Shown: piece after piece, positions 35,270-38,129 of the stretch
Layout: each line of letters opens with the position of its first letter
How positions within the stretch are numbered: position 1 is the stretch's first letter
From: Gemmatimonadales bacterium
Lineage (GTDB): Bacteria; Gemmatimonadota; Gemmatimonadetes; Gemmatimonadales; GWC2-71-9
NCBI GenBank assembly: GCA_041577295.1
Contig: JBFGJG010000042.1
Location: 1-38,129, forward strand
Length of the DNA: 38,129 bases
Direction: 5' to 3'
The notes under the pieces: model-generated
Told to the model about the DNA's origin: nothing
What the model saw: the letters and a program-made list of their open reading frames with translations, nothing else
Databases searched by the model: none
Position numbers and translations under genes: made by a program

Positions 35270-36514
35270 GTGAAAGCGCGACACGAGGCCCGGCGGAAAT
35301 ACGCCGGGCCTCTGTGTCTGCTACTCGTCGTGAGCGTGTCGGGCTTTCTCGGAGCATGTGGAGACCGCGCTGCCGCAATTGGGGGAGGGGATGCCCGCAC
35401 ATTCAGCACGGTCGAGTCGTTTCTCGCATCGTATTGGGATCGTCCGATTCCTCTCCAGGGCACGGCGCCAGCGACGTACCCAGCTGTGGAAGCGTCGCTC
35501 CGACCCGCCGACTGTGGTACCTGTCACGTGCAGCAGTTCCGCGATTGGCAGACCACATTGCACGCCAATGCGTACTCACCCGGTCTCGCAGGGCAGCTGG
35601 TGAACTGGGAATCTTCAAACTATGCACAGGTTCGGTCGTGTCTCTCGTGTCACGCTCCGCTCTCAGAACAGTCCGCGCGCGTTCCCGACACGTCGGGGGC
35701 ACTGGTACGCAACCCCTACTTCGACGCCGCATTGCAGGAGAGTGGTCTGGTGTGTGCCGCGTGTCACGTGCGCGGCTGGCGCCGCCACGGTCCGCCACGA
35801 CGCGATGGATCCCTGACGTCATCGCCTGAAGCGCCACACGGGGGGGCCGTCCGCACGGGATACTTTGAGGACTCCCAGTTCTGCGCGGGCTGTCATCAGT
35901 TCGCACGACCCGCACCCAACGGAAAATCCTTACAGAACACGCACGTCGAGTGGGAGCAGAGCCGTTATGCCCGCGAGGGCGTGACGTGCCAAAGCTGCCA
36001 CATGCCCGATCGGCGTCACCTCTGGAGAGGGATTCACGACTCTGCGATGGTGGGAGCTGGGATTTCCGTGGCGTGGTTGCCCCCGCGATCGGGAAGTGAC
36101 GTGGCATTGCTGGTCACAAACACTGGGACGGGACACCGGTTTCCGACGTATGTCACCCCCAAGGTCCGTGTGCGCATCGAGCTCCTCGATCGAGATCGGC
36201 AACCTTTGGAAGGTGGTACTGCTGAAGGGGTCATTGGGCGGGAAGTCCGATCCGGCCCCTCGGGATGGGTGGAGGAATGGGACACGCGGCTCCCGCCCGA
36301 CAGCAGCCTCACCGTACGTGCCGAATCTGTTCGAGGAGCGGCGTATGCGCGCGGGACGGTTACCGTCTTTCCGGACGGTTTCTACAATGCAATGTTTGCT
36401 GGGATGCTCGCCGGGCGCCTGAGCGATACCTCACGCGCCCTGATCACCGAAGCCCACCGTCGTACGACCGCCAGCGTCTACAGTGTGCTGGACTCGGTCA
36501 TCGCGATCAACTAA
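35270..36514 (+). CDS. Pentaheme c-type cytochrome lipoprotein
   Basis: Five CxxCH motifs: CGTCH, CLSCH, CAACH, CAGCH, CQSCH; lipobox LGAC; C-terminal NTGTGHRFPT beta-domain. Start uncertain (GTG 35270 or 35243). Confidence 0.88.
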   Translation: MKARHEARRKYAGPLCLLLVVSVSGFLGACGDRAAAIGGGDARTFSTVESFLASYWDRPIPLQGTAPATYPAVEASLRPADCGTCHVQQFRDWQTTLHANAYSPGLAGQLVNWESSNYAQVRSCLSCHAPLSEQSARVPDTSGALVRNPYFDAALQESGLVCAACHVRGWRRHGPPRRDGSLTSSPEAPHGGAVRTGYFEDSQFCAGCHQFARPAPNGKSLQNTHVEWEQSRYAREGVTCQSCHMPDRRHLWRGIHDSAMVGAGISVAWLPPRSGSDVALLVTNTGTGHRFPTYVTPKVRVRIELLDRDRQPLEGGTAEGVIGREVRSGPSGWVEEWDTRLPPDSSLTVRAESVRGAAYARGTVTVFPDGFYNAMFAGMLAGRLSDTSRALITEAHRRTTASVYSVLDSVIAIN

Positions 36515-36523
36515 CCTCGCCAG

Positions 36524-37435
36524 TCAGTCTCCGGGGAGCGGGACGATTCGCACCTCGTCCCGCGAGAACAGCGGGATGAGAACCCGGTTGCGCACGGCGT
36601 CGTATCCGATGTCCGCTGGCGATTCGACCCCTTCGACCACGACGGAGAACACCCCCGCCTCGCCCACACGGTAGATCGCCTGACTCTCCCAGCTCGATAT
36701 CAACAGGGATCCGTCGGCCAGACGTACGACGCCATCCAACTGGCCGGCCGGTGGCTTCGCGTGCGCGGCCGCAGAACCCGTCCCGGTATTCACGTGCATC
36801 ATCGCTCCGGATCCGAACGTGACGAGCACGAGCCCATCGTCCGCCGGTGCCAGGCCGTTGGGACGTCCTAGCGTGTCTCCACTGACAACGTGCTGTGGTG
36901 CACCGTCGGCCGCGAACCGGTAGACTGCGTCGGTGCCGGCTGGCTCAAACCCCTCTGGACCGGCACGAAGCCCGCTATCACTGACGTAGACGGTGCCCGC
37001 TCCGTCCACCGTAACGTCGTTCAAGAACGTCGATCCCGGGACTACCCAGTTTCCGATCTGCTCGCCGGTGTTGCGGTTGAAAAGCCGTAGCGCCGTAATG
37101 TCTGCGACGAAAAGCGTATCACCCCGGATTGCCATCCCCTTCGGGGCATTCAACGTCGTTTGCGGGTTGGCTCCGTCGATCCACTTCAATGCCAACACCG
37201 AGCCGTCAGGCGCGACCCGCGAGATGAACCCGTTGTCATCCTCGGCGAACGGACTGCCGTTGATGTTGGTAATCAGGTAGACGTCCGCGACGCGGTCGTG
37301 AAGAACCGACTCGGGTGTGCGGAATCCCACTTCGGTGACGGCGATCGGCTGTTGGCTCGTCTCCTCGGCCTGTTCCTCACCACAGGCCATGACACTCACA
37401 AGCACTGCCGCGACGGTGATACGGACAACTCGCAT
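36524..37435 (-). CDS. SMP-30/gluconolactonase-like beta-propeller lipoprotein
   Basis: Lipobox VMAC; GFRTPESV, DDNGFISR, LNAPKGM, FLNDV, PNGL, LDGVV, PADIGYD. Start taken at ATG 37435. Confidence 0.82.
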   Translation of the reverse strand: MRVVRITVAAVLVSVMACGEEQAEETSQQPIAVTEVGFRTPESVLHDRVADVYLITNINGSPFAEDDNGFISRVAPDGSVLALKWIDGANPQTTLNAPKGMAIRGDTLFVADITALRLFNRNTGEQIGNWVVPGSTFLNDVTVDGAGTVYVSDSGLRAGPEGFEPAGTDAVYRFAADGAPQHVVSGDTLGRPNGLAPADDGLVLVTFGSGAMMHVNTGTGSAAAHAKPPAGQLDGVVRLADGSLLISSWESQAIYRVGEAGVFSVVVEGVESPADIGYDAVRNRVLIPLFSRDEVRIVPLPGD

Positions 37436-37680
37436 AGGTGCACCCCGCGTTGATTCGACGGTTTGGAACGGTTCACGGTTCGTCAAAATACGACGGTGCA
37501 GGCGTTTGAGCCACGGGTCGAGAGGTGTGATGCATGCCACGGCTCGTGACCGATTGAGGGGCTACCGTTTTGTCCATACCCTTGTGATTGAGTACCGTGC
37601 GCTTGTTGGGGCGACCGGCGAGCCTGGCGGCACGGCGCATCGGACCGCCGGAGACGCGCCCTTGTTCAAGGAGGTGGCAC

Positions 37681-38076
37681 ATGCACGTAAGACTGCGATC
37701 TGTCGTGACGGCCGTGGCACTCGTGGTGTTTGGAGCAGGAGTCGCCAACGCCCAGGAGCCAATGGACATTTCGGTCGACGCGGTGCTCGCGCGAGACATC
37801 GTCGATCGCATGCCTGCGGACACGGGTTCGATGTTCTCGCCGGATGTTGGGAAGCTGTTTCTGTGGACCAAGGTGGCTGGCGCGGAGGGCGAATCCATCT
37901 CTCATGTGTGGATTCACGGCCCGCATGAGGCGGCGGTCGAGCTCAACGTCGGCGGCTCGCCATGGCGAACGTGGAGTAGCCGCAAGATCAACCCCGAGTG
38001 GACTGGCGAGTGGAGGGTGGAGATTCGGAATGCGTCCGGGGAGGTGATTGAGACGATTCGCTTTACCGTGGGTTAG
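37681..38076 (+). CDS. Exported DUF2914-like protein
   Basis: AAGGAGGT RBS; signal peptide ending ANA-Q; HVW, WRTWSSR.I...WTGEWRVEI. Confidence 0.8.
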   Translation: MHVRLRSVVTAVALVVFGAGVANAQEPMDISVDAVLARDIVDRMPADTGSMFSPDVGKLFLWTKVAGAEGESISHVWIHGPHEAAVELNVGGSPWRTWSSRKINPEWTGEWRVEIRNASGEVIETIRFTVG

Positions 38077-38106
38077 CTGGTCACCCGTAGGCAAGGGGAG
38101 TCACGG

Positions 38107-38129
38107 CCGCGAGCACGGGGTGCTCGCGG
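38107..38129 (+). terminator. Perfect 10-bp GC-rich hairpin after the DUF2914 gene; possible terminator
   Basis: CCGCGAGCAC-GGG-GTGCTCGCGG. The window ends here, so a U-tract cannot be seen. Confidence 0.45.

Overview
A GC-rich bacterial chromosomal segment. Gene content and order suggest Gemmatimonadota, but this is inference only. I see no integrase, transposase, prophage or CRISPR array. From left to right: (1) the 3' end of a secreted-type protein with 105-aa Ig-like repeats, translationally coupled to a membrane Ser/Thr kinase-like PEGA protein with a degenerate catalytic loop (HGN instead of HRD), a TPR-like/FlgD-Ig protein and a probable outer-membrane beta-barrel; (2) tRNA-Ser(CGA) followed by proline dehydrogenase; (3) a 2-hydroxyacid dehydrogenase, then pyrR-pyrB-pyrC, a class II aldolase and a coiled-coil/zinc-ribbon protein; (4) rpsT; (5) a run of about 21 kb on the + strand: scpA-scpB-rluB, an uncharacterised Rossmann-fold protein, a moxR/DUF58/BatA-E-type VWA cluster, mutL, miaA, bshA, uppP, birA, a degenerate CPBP-like membrane protein, coaX, an NTF2-like protein, two unknown membrane proteins and an M20 amidohydrolase; (6) a GNAT plus an NSAR/OSBS enolase-superfamily enzyme converging on the M20 gene, a likely D-to-L amino-acid conversion pathway; (7) a lipoprotein SoxA/TsdA-like monoheme cytochrome flanked by Cys-rich NPC repeats, followed by a pentaheme cytochrome c lipoprotein; (8) an SMP-30-like lipoprotein and a DUF2914-like protein. 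The best candidates for undescribed systems are the NPC-repeat cytochrome/pentaheme pair and the Ig-repeat/pseudokinase/barrel envelope operon. Other oddities are a PyrR lacking both an attenuator and its RNA-binding residues, and two structured intergenic leaders. All family calls come from motif recognition by eye; no database searches were run.
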